Source of the DNA: Bryobacterales bacterium UBA690
Lineage (GTDB): Bacteria; Acidobacteriota; Terriglobia; Bryobacterales; Bryobacteraceae
NCBI GenBank assembly: GCA_002298225.1
Contig: DBMU01000036.1
Location: 60,027 to 124,026, forward strand
DNA length: 64,000 bases
Direction of reading: 5' to 3'
Shown piece by piece: positions 1 to 9,415 of the stretch. The stretch's first letter is position 1. The number at the start of each line of letters is the position of its first letter. Under the pieces are notes generated by a model, which ran no database searches, was not told the DNA's origin, and worked only from the letters and a program-made list of their open reading frames with translations. A program made the position numbers and the translations under genes.

Positions 1-2466
1 CAACTGCGCGCCGCCATCGAAGCCGGCGCCGATTCCGTGTATTTCGGCTTGAAGCATTTCACCGCGCGGGCCAAGGTCGGATTCACCCTCAGTGAACTCC
101 CGGAGGCGCTGCAGACGCTCCATCGCCGCGGCGTGCGTGGCTTCGTCACGTTCAACACGCTCGTCTTCGATCACGAGCTCGGCGAAGCCGCACGAGTCCT
201 GTCGCTCATCGCTGAAGCCGGAGCGGACGCCATCATCGTCCAGGATCCCGGCGTACTCGCGCTCGCCCGTCGCATCGTGCCGGATCTGGAGATCCACGCC
301 AGCACGCAAATGAGCATCACGGATGCAAACGGCGCGCGGCTTGCCGCTGAGATGGGCGCCCGGCGCGTCACGCTGGCGCGCGAGCTCTCTCTCACAGAGA
401 TCCGAGCCATCCGCGAGCAGACCGATCTGGAGCTGGAAGTCTTCGTCCACGGCGCGCTTTGCGTCGCCTACTCCGGACAGTGCTTCTCTTCCGAAGCGTG
501 GGGCGGCCGCAGCGCCAATCGCGGCCAATGCGCCCAGGCCTGCCGGCTCCCATACGACATGTTCGTCGATGGAAAACTGGAGCCGCTGGGCGACGCGCGT
601 TACCTGCTCTCTCCAGGCGATCTGTACGCGCTCCACCAGATCCCGGAACTCGTCGAAACGGGCATCAGCGCCTTCAAAATCGAGGGCCGCTACAAAGAGG
701 CGGACTATGTCGCCGCGGCGACGCGCGCCTACCGGCTGGCGGTGGATAACGCCTGGGCCAATCGCCCGCTCAGCATCACTCCCGCGGAGGAGTTGCAGCT
801 CGAACAGGTCTACTCGCGCGGCCTTGGCGCGCATTTCGTCACTGGAACGAATCATCAGACCGTCGTCCGTGGACGCGCGCCGCGCCATCGCGGCGTGCTG
901 ATGGGCCGCGTCACGAAGGTCTCCGCGGAAGCGGTGATCGTCGCCCCCGAAGCGGCGCAGAAGCTCTCGCCGTTGAAGCCGGGCGACGGCGTAGTCTTCG
1001 ACGCCGCATCCTGGCGCAGTCCGGAAGAGCCCGAAGAGGGCGGCCGCTTGTACTCCGCCGCGCCGTTGCCGAGCGGCAATGTCGAACTGCGATTCGCCAA
1101 CGGGGCCATCCAGCCAAAGCGCATCCGGTGCGGCGATTTGCTCTGGCGCACAGACGATCCCACGGTTGAGAAGAGCCTGAGATCCTTCACGCAGGCTCAG
1201 TCTCCGCTCCGTAAGCTAGGCCTCCGTGTGCAGGCCACCGCGATTGCGGGTGCGCCCCTCGTGCTGGACTGGTCCCTCGTCGATCACCCCGAAGTTCGGA
1301 CCACCGTCGTTTCAGCCGATCCGCTGGAGGCCGCTCAGAACCGAGGCCTTACGCTCGATACGCTTCGCCGGCAGCTCGACAGGCTGGGCAATACCGCCTA
1401 CGAACTTGCGCAGCTTGAACTTGAATCGCCGGAGCCCGTCTTCGCGCCCGCGTCTCTTCTCAATCAGCTCCGGCGCGAGGCCGTCGAGCAGTTCGAGGCG
1501 ATGCAATCTCGGCCGCGCACCGCAGCGGTTCAGGAAGCTCCTCCTATCGCGGTGGCCGCTCTCACGGGCGCTGATCCCCAGCCGCTGGAACCGGCTGCAC
1601 CTTGGATTCATCTGCTGGTCCGCACTCCCGAGCAGCTTGACGCCGCCGTCGATCTGACCCCCGCGAGCATCACACTCGACTACCTCGACCTCTACGGCCT
1701 GAAGCCCTCAGTGCAGAGGGTCAAGGACGCAGGCATTCCCGTCCGCGTCGCCAGCCCGCGCATTCTGAAGCCCGGTGAGGAGCGCATCACGGAATTCCTG
1801 CTGCGGCTGGACTGTCCTATCCTGGTCCGGCCTGCGGGCCTGCTGCACGCTTTGCGCGGTCAACGGCATGCCGAGCTCACCGGCGATTTCAGCCTGAATG
1901 CCGCCAACGCCATCAGTGCCCGCGCATTGCTGGATCTGGGCCTCGAGCGTATCACGCCCACCCACGACCTGAACGGCGCGCAGATCGGCGATCTCGCCCG
2001 CCACGCCGGCGCGCATCGCATCGAGGCCATCGTCTACCAGCATCTGCCCGTGTTCCACACGGAACACTGCGTCTTCTGCCGCTTCCTCTCCACCGGCACC
2101 AGCTACAAGGACTGCGGCAGGCCCTGCGAGACGCACCGCCTGGAGTTGGGCGACGTTGCCGGACGCCGGCATCCGGTCCTCGCCGACACGGGCTGCCGCA
2201 ACACGGTCTTCGGCGCGGAAGCTCAGGAGGCGAGCCTCCATCTGGAAGCCTGGCTCGACTCCGGCATCAGGCACTTCCGCCTGGAGTTCGCGCACGAATC
2301 CGCCCGGCAGGTGTCGCAGATCACCGAAGCATTTCGCGATGCGCTGGAGGGCCGCTCGAGCTTCCGCAGTCTCAGCGAGACGCTCCGCCGCGTGACTCCG
2401 CAAGGCGCCACCCAGGGAAGCCTCTACGTCCCGGCCGACTACCTAGCGCTGCCCATCCTCCAATGA
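1..2466 (+). CDS. Peptidase U32 family protein (collagenase-like), 5'-partial; long form with C-terminal extension
   Basis: Reading frame is open from nt 1 (QLRAAIEAGADSVYFGLKHF matches the conserved U32 N-terminus, so the start lies upstream of the window). Cys-rich U32 core (ALCVAYSGQCF, CRLPYD). Long C-terminal region as in DUF3656-containing U32 proteins. Confidence 0.85.
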   Translation, partial: QLRAAIEAGADSVYFGLKHFTARAKVGFTLSELPEALQTLHRRGVRGFVTFNTLVFDHELGEAARVLSLIAEAGADAIIVQDPGVLALARRIVPDLEIHASTQMSITDANGARLAAEMGARRVTLARELSLTEIRAIREQTDLELEVFVHGALCVAYSGQCFSSEAWGGRSANRGQCAQACRLPYDMFVDGKLEPLGDARYLLSPGDLYALHQIPELVETGISAFKIEGRYKEADYVAAATRAYRLAVDNAWANRPLSITPAEELQLEQVYSRGLGAHFVTGTNHQTVVRGRAPRHRGVLMGRVTKVSAEAVIVAPEAAQKLSPLKPGDGVVFDAASWRSPEEPEEGGRLYSAAPLPSGNVELRFANGAIQPKRIRCGDLLWRTDDPTVEKSLRSFTQAQSPLRKLGLRVQATAIAGAPLVLDWSLVDHPEVRTTVVSADPLEAAQNRGLTLDTLRRQLDRLGNTAYELAQLELESPEPVFAPASLLNQLRREAVEQFEAMQSRPRTAAVQEAPPIAVAALTGADPQPLEPAAPWIHLLVRTPEQLDAAVDLTPASITLDYLDLYGLKPSVQRVKDAGIPVRVASPRILKPGEERITEFLLRLDCPILVRPAGLLHALRGQRHAELTGDFSLNAANAISARALLDLGLERITPTHDLNGAQIGDLARHAGAHRIEAIVYQHLPVFHTEHCVFCRFLSTGTSYKDCGRPCETHRLELGDVAGRRHPVLADTGCRNTVFGAEAQEASLHLEAWLDSGIRHFRLEFAHESARQVSQITEAFRDALEGRSSFRSLSETLRRVTPQGATQGSLYVPADYLALPILQ

Positions 2467-2909
2467 CACCCGATATCCACAAGGTGGGGCTGCTCGCAGT
2501 GCGCAACAGCCGCATCCTGCTCTGCCGCCAGACGGACTCCCCGGCTGTGCTCATCCTGCCAGGCGGCAAGATGGAGCCGGGAGAGACGGAGCTCGAATGC
2601 CTCCAACGTGAGCTCGAGGAAGAGCTGGGCCAGGTGTGCGTGGAGGGCCTCTGGAAGATCGGAACGTACGTCGACAATGCGGCGGTCAATCCGGACAAAC
2701 CTCACCGAACTATCCAGGTGGAACTGTACGGCGGCGAGTTACAAGGCGAGCCTGTGGCGTCATCGGAGATCTCCGAACTGGTCTGGTTCGGCGAGAATGA
2801 TGACCCCGCGCAACTGGCGCCCAGCATCCGTAACCGCATCCTGCCGGACCTGACCTCGCGCGGCCTGCTGCCTTGGATGTCCGGATCAAAGACGCCGGGT
2901 CGGGAATAA
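2463..2909 (+). CDS. NUDIX hydrolase
   Basis: Nudix box GGKMEPGETELECLQRELEEELG. ATGA start/stop overlap with the upstream U32 gene suggests translational coupling. Confidence 0.8.
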   Translation: MTPDIHKVGLLAVRNSRILLCRQTDSPAVLILPGGKMEPGETELECLQRELEEELGQVCVEGLWKIGTYVDNAAVNPDKPHRTIQVELYGGELQGEPVASSEISELVWFGENDDPAQLAPSIRNRILPDLTSRGLLPWMSGSKTPGRE

Positions 2910-2913
2910 TCAG

Positions 2914-2940
2914 ACACATCAGATCGTATTGTCTGATGTG
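2914..2940 (+). promoter_or_regulatory. 9-bp inverted repeat CACATCAGA-N9-TCTGATGTG spanning the start codon of the 2929 gene
   Basis: Perfect arms. Could form an mRNA hairpin that sequesters the initiation codon. Confidence 0.3.
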
Positions 2941-4770
2941 AATACGCATCTGGCCGCTTCTCTTCTGCTTCTTGGAAAACTCGCGTTTGCCATTGAGCCT
3001 CCCTTGCTCGAGGTACTGCAGGCGACAGGCGTCGACTCGCGAGGCATGGTTCAGGCGTCAAGGCACCCGCGCGCGGCTGATTTCGAGAGCGCGCTGTTGC
3101 GCGGCTACTCAGGACGGCTCCTCCAGGTGTACCGCTGGGAGCAGAACTATCTGCACCGCGCAACTGGACGTCCGCCGGCGCCCGCATTCCTGATCCTGAC
3201 GAAGCAGCAGGGCGGCTTCGCCAAGTTTGGTTTCTCGTTGGATGGCCGGCCGCAGCCGGATGCCGCCTATGTGGATCTTCATCAGGCCAAGCGAATCCAC
3301 GGCTACGGCGCCATGGATCAGATCTTCCCGCACGAACTCGCCCACATCATCCTGATCCGCGCCTCGAGCGCGCCCGGAGGCGGCGGCTCGAATCAACACC
3401 ACGCAATCGGCGTGCGTACCGATCCCGTCCAGGCGTTCCACGAAGGCTTCGCCGAGCACTGTCAGGTTCTGGCAATCAACGATCCCGACGCCGATCCGCA
3501 CACGAGGGACCTGGCGCGCGACGCTTACTTGAACCGCTACGCCGCTCCAATTCTGCGGAACTATGCGCGCGAGATCTCCGCGGAGCGCACCATCCCAGGC
3601 CGGTGGCGGCTGACATTTTTCGCGTGGTCCAACATCGTCGAGGGAATCATGCGCTACCACGCAGTCCGCGCAAACGCCTACGCCTGGGAGCCCGAGATTC
3701 CAGGGCGGATTTCGGCCTACAACGACTACCTCCTGCGAAACCTCCTCCCTGGAACACCCGGCGGCAAGCCTAAACCCGCGGCGGTCATGCTATCGACCGA
3801 AGGTGTCGTCAGCGCCTTCTTTTACCGTTGGACCCAAAAGCCCGAACTACGCAACACTTACCGCAGCGCCGCCTATTACCAGCAATTCGGCGCGTCGCCG
3901 GAGGAGGTGCGGCCGCTGGAGAACTGCTACCTGAAACTGATCCACGCCATGGCGCAGGGAAAGCCCAGGACGACGGCAGACCTCATTCGTGCTTACAAGC
4001 GCGAGTTCCCCGATGAGGCATCTGCCGTCGACGCGGTTGTCAACGATGTTCTACTCGGCCAGCCTCTGCCGGATTCACCTCAGATCTGGCTGGCCAACGA
4101 TGGATTCCACACGGGCACAGGCCTCATCGATCAGTTCCGTGTCGCTCCCCTCGTCCATACCTTCGACCTCAACGCGGCTTCCCATGCTGACCTGATTGGC
4201 GTCCCCGGCGTTGACGCCGCTCTGGCGTCCGCTATCCTGGCTCGCGTACCGTACGCCAGGCTGCAGGACCTGCAACGCGTGCCTGGCGTCACACCGGCGC
4301 TGCTGGCCCGCTTCGAGAAGATGTCCAGCGCCATGCAGGCACTCGCCTCAGAGGGTGAAGCAGGCGACTCTCCCGGCGTTGCTGCGATTCTGCTCTCATT
4401 TGCGTGGCGCGTGCTGCTGACCATTCTGGCCGTCTGGATCGCGTGTGCCCTGCTCTACTGGCGAATCCGGAAGGCCACGGTCAGCCGGGCCGTCGCCGCC
4501 GGACTCGCCGCGGCGGTGGTTGGGATCGTGGCCGGATGGGGCATCGACGGGAACCCGCTCACCCAATTGCTCGCGCTGGTGCCCCTGCCCGGTTTCCGCA
4601 GCACCTGCGGCACGGGGATCACGGCCGTCGCGGCTGTGCTCCTGCTTTGCGCCTTGCCTTGTGCGTCTATCGCCCTCTGGCGGACAAGGTCAACCTCCGC
4701 CGCATCTAGAGTCCTTGCCGCGTGGGCGTTGGCTTCACTGCCGGCCGCGTTACTCTCCTGGCCTTGGTGA
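2929..4770 (+). CDS. Membrane-anchored protein with putative zinc-metallopeptidase motif (HELAH ... HEGFAEH), ComEA-like helix-hairpin-helix domain and C-terminal TM helices
   Basis: HExxH at FPHELAHIIL plus downstream HEGFAEH. HhH repeat DLNAASHADLIGVPGVDAALASAILARVPYARLQDLQRVPGVTPALLARF. Three to four hydrophobic helices in the last 130 aa. TTG/GTG start inside a 9-bp inverted repeat. Confidence 0.5.
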   Translation: MSDVNTHLAASLLLLGKLAFAIEPPLLEVLQATGVDSRGMVQASRHPRAADFESALLRGYSGRLLQVYRWEQNYLHRATGRPPAPAFLILTKQQGGFAKFGFSLDGRPQPDAAYVDLHQAKRIHGYGAMDQIFPHELAHIILIRASSAPGGGGSNQHHAIGVRTDPVQAFHEGFAEHCQVLAINDPDADPHTRDLARDAYLNRYAAPILRNYAREISAERTIPGRWRLTFFAWSNIVEGIMRYHAVRANAYAWEPEIPGRISAYNDYLLRNLLPGTPGGKPKPAAVMLSTEGVVSAFFYRWTQKPELRNTYRSAAYYQQFGASPEEVRPLENCYLKLIHAMAQGKPRTTADLIRAYKREFPDEASAVDAVVNDVLLGQPLPDSPQIWLANDGFHTGTGLIDQFRVAPLVHTFDLNAASHADLIGVPGVDAALASAILARVPYARLQDLQRVPGVTPALLARFEKMSSAMQALASEGEAGDSPGVAAILLSFAWRVLLTILAVWIACALLYWRIRKATVSRAVAAGLAAAVVGIVAGWGIDGNPLTQLLALVPLPGFRSTCGTGITAVAAVLLLCALPCASIALWRTRSTSAASRVLAAWALASLPAALLSWPW

Positions 4771-5373
4771 AACCACGGCGCTGCGCATTTCCGCTTTGAG
4801 GCCCTCTACGCAGTCCGGGCAGATCCCGTGCGTGAAATTGATGTCCAGCGTGCGCTTGAAGTACACGTCGACGCGCTGCCAGTACTCGTCGTCATCCCGG
4901 ATCTTCCGGCAGTGAGCACAGATCGGCACCAGGCGCTTCAACTGCATCAATTCGCTCACGTCTTCCAGCGCAAGCAGCACCAAAGTTGCATCCGCGTGGC
5001 GGAGCGGAGTCGCGGTGACCAGAACTTGGACTACCACCGCGCTCCCGTCCGGCTTCTTCCACTGCATTTGCGCCAATTTCCGCCAGGTCTTGCCCCCTCG
5101 ATATGCTTCGCTCACTGAGTTGCGAATGACGCAATCCGAGCATGCCGGCGCCGAGCCGCAGCCCCACGGAGTCTCTTCGGAGTGGATGCAGTGCAGCGCC
5201 TCCCCTCCGCGTTGCTGCAAAACGACAGTCCGGCCGGCGCTCAGCAGATCTCCGGCCGCCAGGTTGTAGCCAAGAATCCTTACATCCTCGTCAACCAGGA
5301 ATATCGGCGAGGGCATCGCGTCGAAGATGCTGCGTGCCAAACCCGAACCGGCCTCAAGTAATTCGCCTGTCAT
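4750..5373 (-). CDS. PAS-domain sensor protein with two cysteine clusters (C-terminal CxxC...CPDC zinc-ribbon-like motif)
   Basis: PAS-like N-terminal region (SIFDAMPSPIFLVDEDVRILGYN). Internal HCIHx7CGx5CxxC cluster. C-terminal ICAHCRKIRDDDEYWQRVDVYFKRTLDINFTHGICPDC, a motif that recurs at the C-terminus of stand-alone PAS proteins. Confidence 0.55.
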   Translation of the reverse strand: MTGELLEAGSGLARSIFDAMPSPIFLVDEDVRILGYNLAAGDLLSAGRTVVLQQRGGEALHCIHSEETPWGCGSAPACSDCVIRNSVSEAYRGGKTWRKLAQMQWKKPDGSAVVVQVLVTATPLRHADATLVLLALEDVSELMQLKRLVPICAHCRKIRDDDEYWQRVDVYFKRTLDINFTHGICPDCVEGLKAEMRSAVVSPRPGE

Positions 5374-5575
5374 GCCTTCGGTCGAAACCTAACCTCCAGA
5401 TCATATTATCCCAAAAGGAGTTAGCAAACACTTTTGTTACAAAGGGAGTACTGCGCGCGCGCCTTCCGCGGGGTATCCTGGAGTCCTGGGATATATCGAA
5501 AGATAGTCATCTAGCTGCGCCCGCCACAGGGCTGTTTGACACATTCAATCTCTCTCCGGTGAATCACTAACAACT

Positions 5576-7117
5576 ATGACTGGGCAAAAAGTCTCACTTG
5601 ATCCAACTTCCGGGAACTTCTTCAAATACGACGGCCCTGCCGGGACCGTGGTCTTTCTCGTGGCGTTGCCTCTATGCCTGGGAATCGCCGTTGCATCGGG
5701 AGCGCCTCTGTTCGCCGGAATCATTGCCGGGATCGTCGGCGGCATCGTAGTTTCCCTTCTCTCCGGTTCTCATGTCAGCGTCAGCGGACCCGCGGCCGGG
5801 CTGACCGTGATAGTGGCCTCCGCGATTCAGAGTCTGGGGACCTACCAGACTTTCGTATTGGCTGTCGCGCTCGGCGGGGTTCTTCAACTCGGCCTCGGCG
5901 TGGTGCGTATGGGCGTGGTCGCCGATTACGTCCCAAACGCGGTGATCAAAGGGATGCTCGCCGCTATCGGCCTGGTGATCATCCTCAAACAGATCCCTCA
6001 CGCGCTCGGCCGCGACAAGGACTATGAAGGCGATTTCGGCTTCTTTGAGAAGGGCGAAAGCAACACGATCACCGATCTGCTCGCCAGTATCGTCACCGCA
6101 CACCCCGGAGCGGTGACCATCTCTGGGATCTGCCTGGTATTGCTGCTCTCCTGGGAGAAGTTCGCGCCGCAGATGGGCAGATTGGCGACGCTGATCCCCG
6201 GCCCGCTTCTCGCCGTCGCGATGGGCATCGGCCTGAATCAGGCGTTCGGCCTGGGCGCACCGCAGATCCAATTGAAGGAAGCCGAGCACATGGTAGCCCT
6301 GCCAGTGGCGCAGTCCGTCGGCGACTTCTTTCGTCAATTCACGCTGCCGGACTTCTCACAGATCACGAACCCGCAAGTTTGGGTCGTCGCGTGCACGCTC
6401 GCCATTGTCGGCAGCCTGGAGAGCCTGCTCTCGCTGGAAGCAGCGGACCGGCTCGACCCATACAAGCGCATCTCCTCGCCGAACCAGGAGCTGCGCGCGC
6501 AGGGTATCGGAAACTTCATCAGCGGTTTGCTCGGCGGTCTGCCGCTCACGAGTGTTGTCGTTCGCACTTCGGCGAACGTTTACGCCGGTGCTCGGACCCG
6601 CATGTCCTCGTTCATCCACGGCGTCCTGCTGCTCGGCTCCGTGCTCTTCATTCCCAGCCTGCTCAACCTCACTCCGCTCTCCTGTCTGGCCGCCGTTCTG
6701 ATCCTGGTCGGGTACAAGCTCACCAAGCCTGCCATCTGGGCCGCCATGTATCGCTCGGGCTGGAGTCAGTTTCTGCCCTTCGCCGTCACCCTCACTGCCA
6801 TCGTCTTCACTGACCTGCTAAAAGGGGTTCTGATCGGCATGGCGTTCGGACTCTTCTTCGTGATCCGCGCCAACCACCGCGCCGCGATCACGGTCGTCAA
6901 CATGGACACCCATTACCTCATGCGCTTCAACAAGGATGCCTCCTTTGTGAACAAGAATGAGCTGAGGTCGAAGCTGCGCCGCATCCCCGCCGGATCGCAC
7001 CTGATCATCGACGGCTCCCGTTCGCTCTACACGGATCACGACATCGTCGATGTCGTCAACGATTTCAGACTCCTTGCTCCCTACAAGGACATTACGCTCG
7101 AGTTCAAGCATTTCTAA
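5576..7117 (+). CDS. SulP family anion transporter (BicA-like bicarbonate/sulfate permease) with C-terminal STAS domain
   Basis: N-terminal SulP signature region ([57 protein letters not shown]), about 10-12 TM helices, STAS-like C-terminus. Confidence 0.85.
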   Translation: MTGQKVSLDPTSGNFFKYDGPAGTVVFLVALPLCLGIAVASGAPLFAGIIAGIVGGIVVSLLSGSHVSVSGPAAGLTVIVASAIQSLGTYQTFVLAVALGGVLQLGLGVVRMGVVADYVPNAVIKGMLAAIGLVIILKQIPHALGRDKDYEGDFGFFEKGESNTITDLLASIVTAHPGAVTISGICLVLLLSWEKFAPQMGRLATLIPGPLLAVAMGIGLNQAFGLGAPQIQLKEAEHMVALPVAQSVGDFFRQFTLPDFSQITNPQVWVVACTLAIVGSLESLLSLEAADRLDPYKRISSPNQELRAQGIGNFISGLLGGLPLTSVVVRTSANVYAGARTRMSSFIHGVLLLGSVLFIPSLLNLTPLSCLAAVLILVGYKLTKPAIWAAMYRSGWSQFLPFAVTLTAIVFTDLLKGVLIGMAFGLFFVIRANHRAAITVVNMDTHYLMRFNKDASFVNKNELRSKLRRIPAGSHLIIDGSRSLYTDHDIVDVVNDFRLLAPYKDITLEFKHF

Positions 7118-7130
7118 AGGAGACTGCCCA

Positions 7131-7808
7131 ATGGATTCCTACAAGAAACTTCTCCTGGCCAACAAGGCTTGGGTCGTTGACAAACTCAGCGTCCACCCCG
7201 ACTATTTCTCTCGCCAGGCCGAGCACCAGAAGCCGGAGTTCATGTGGATCGGCTGTTCGGATTCGCGCGTTCCCGCCGAGGACATCACCGGCACCGAGCC
7301 CGGTGAGCTATTCGTCCACCGCAACATCGCCAACCTGGTGATCCACACGGATTTCAATGTCCTCAGCGTGCTGCAATACGCCGTCGAGGTGCTCAAGGTG
7401 AAGCACGTGATCGTCTGCGGCCACTACAACTGCGGCGGCATCAAGAACTCGATGACGCACCACGACTTCGGCCTGATCAACCAGTGGCTGCGCCACATCA
7501 AGGACATCTACAACCACAACGCGGCCGAACTCGCGGCCATCACGGATCCCCAGGCCCGCGCCGACCGCTTCGTGGAAATCAACGTCGCGCAGCAGGTCCG
7601 GAACGTCGCGGAGACTTCCACGATTCAGAAGGCTTGGTATAACGAACAGCGCCCCATTATCCACGGCTGGGTTTACGATCTGCGCACCGGTTACATCAAG
7701 GAAATCGCAACCCTGGAGCCCGGCTCGAAGCTCGATGGCATCTACGAGTTCGACTTCAGCGACAAGTTCGAGCCCTACGCGCCGCCGGCATCCGAACCCG
7801 TCGCCTGA
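7131..7808 (+). CDS. Beta-class carbonic anhydrase
   Basis: CSDSRVP and HYNCGG zinc-ligand motifs. AAGGAG RBS 7 nt upstream of the ATG at 7131. Immediately downstream of the SulP transporter. Confidence 0.85.
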   Translation: MDSYKKLLLANKAWVVDKLSVHPDYFSRQAEHQKPEFMWIGCSDSRVPAEDITGTEPGELFVHRNIANLVIHTDFNVLSVLQYAVEVLKVKHVIVCGHYNCGGIKNSMTHHDFGLINQWLRHIKDIYNHNAAELAAITDPQARADRFVEINVAQQVRNVAETSTIQKAWYNEQRPIIHGWVYDLRTGYIKEIATLEPGSKLDGIYEFDFSDKFEPYAPPASEPVA

Positions 7809-7825
7809 TACTCACCCCAAAGCCC

Positions 7826-7890
7826 GAGTTGTACCCGCTCGCGGCTGTAATAGACCGCAGAGCCGCGAGCGGGTGTAACGGAGTTGGAGC
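7826..7890. repeat. REP-like intergenic palindromic element, copy A
   Basis: ACCCGCTCGCGGCT-(14 nt loop)-AGCCGCGAGCGGGT followed by GTAACGGAGTTGGAGC. Located between the CA and DJ-1 genes. Confidence 0.6.
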
Positions 7891-7949
7891 TCGTGCCCAG
7901 CGCACCAGGCATCGCGCGGACTTCAACCGCTTGCCCTACACTGGAATCT

Positions 7950-8474
7950 ATGAGTCTGAAGGGCAAGCGTGTCGCAATTTTTGTCGATCAGCAATACCAG
8001 GAAATGGAGGTCTGGTATCCCTACTACCGTCTTGTCGAGGCTGGCGCTGAAGTTCACTTCGTTGCGGCCGAGGCGGGCAAGAGCTACCCCTCCAAGACCG
8101 GCTATCCCTGCGTTTCGCACAAATCCTACAGCGAAGTGAAGCCCGCGGACTACGACGGCGTTGTCGCTCCCGGAGGATTTGCGCCGGACTTCATCCGCCG
8201 CCACCCCGCCTCGTCCCAGTTCATCGCTCACCTCGATGCCCAGGGCAAACTCGTCGCGGCCATCTGCCACGGCCTGTGGTGCCTGTGCTCGGCCAATGTC
8301 CTCCGCGGCAAGCACTGTACGTCGTTCTTCGCAATCAAAGATGACGTCGTCAATGCTGGCGGCCAGTGGCAGGATTCGGAGGTCGTCGTCGACGGCAATC
8401 TCGTCTCTTCCCGCAAGCCGGACGACCTGCCTGCTTTCATGAAGGCCTGCATCTCGGTTCTGGGCGGCCGCTAG
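7950..8474 (+). CDS. DJ-1/PfpI family protein (class I glutamine amidotransferase-like)
   Basis: MSLKGKRVAIFVDQ..., nucleophile-elbow cysteine in AICHGLWCL, PfpI-like C-terminus. 5 bp upstream of the ABC ATPase gene. Confidence 0.75.
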   Translation: MSLKGKRVAIFVDQQYQEMEVWYPYYRLVEAGAEVHFVAAEAGKSYPSKTGYPCVSHKSYSEVKPADYDGVVAPGGFAPDFIRRHPASSQFIAHLDAQGKLVAAICHGLWCLCSANVLRGKHCTSFFAIKDDVVNAGGQWQDSEVVVDGNLVSSRKPDDLPAFMKACISVLGGR

Positions 8475-8479
8475 ATCTC

Positions 8480-9406
8480 ATGCCCGAACCCGCGATCTCC
8501 GTCCGAGGGCTGAGCAAATCCTACGGTGACTTCCAGGCCGTTCGCGGCATCGACTTCGAAGTCGCTCAAGGCGAGGTCTTCGGACTACTCGGCCCCAATG
8601 GCGCCGGCAAGACCACTACAGTAGAAATTCTGGAAGGCATACGCACCCGCTCCGGCGGCGATGTGTCCGTGCTCGGCTTCGACCCCGCCTCCGACACCAT
8701 GGCTGTGAAGGACCGCATCGGCGTCTCCCTCCAGGCCACGAATCTCCCGGATAAGATGCGCGTCCGCGAGGCCGCGGAGCTTTTCGCCGCGTTCTACTCC
8801 CGCTCCACCGACATCGATGCGCTGCTCAAGCGCCTCCAACTTTGGGACAAGCGCGCTGCTTTCTACCAGACGCTCTCCGGCGGCCAGAAGCAGCGCCTGG
8901 CTCTCGCTCTCGCTATGGTCAATGAGCCGCAGGTGCTCTTTCTCGACGAGCCCACCACCGGACTCGACCCGCAGGTCCGCCTCGAGATCCACTCCCTCAT
9001 CGAGGAGCAGCGCGGCCAGAAGCGCACCATCCTCCTGACCACGCACTACATCGAAGAGGCCGAACGGCTCTGTGACCGCGTCGCCATCGTCGACGAGGGC
9101 CGCATCATCGCCATGGGCACGCCGCGCGAGTTGCAGCAGCGCGTCCTCGGCCATGCCCGCGTCGAGGTCTCCACCGTGCACCCCATGCCCGATGAGTGCC
9201 CCATCGACTGCGACTCCGAGCGGCCGCTCCTCTTCTCCTCTGACCGCCGCCACCTCACCGTCAGCTCTCCTCATCCCGCACGCTCCGTCGTGGAGATCGT
9301 CAAATGGCTCGATTCCACACGAGCCGGGATCGACGACCTCCACATCAAGCGCCCTACCCTGGAAGACGTCTTCATCGAGCTGACAGGAAAATCTCTGCGC
9401 GACTGA
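8480..9406 (+). CDS. ABC transporter ATP-binding protein
   Basis: Walker A GPNGAGKTT, signature LSGGQKQRLALA, Walker B LFLDEPTTGLD. ABC-2 exporter type. Confidence 0.85.
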   Translation: MPEPAISVRGLSKSYGDFQAVRGIDFEVAQGEVFGLLGPNGAGKTTTVEILEGIRTRSGGDVSVLGFDPASDTMAVKDRIGVSLQATNLPDKMRVREAAELFAAFYSRSTDIDALLKRLQLWDKRAAFYQTLSGGQKQRLALALAMVNEPQVLFLDEPTTGLDPQVRLEIHSLIEEQRGQKRTILLTTHYIEEAERLCDRVAIVDEGRIIAMGTPRELQQRVLGHARVEVSTVHPMPDECPIDCDSERPLLFSSDRRHLTVSSPHPARSVVEIVKWLDSTRAGIDDLHIKRPTLEDVFIELTGKSLRD

Positions 9407-9415
9407 ACCAAGACC

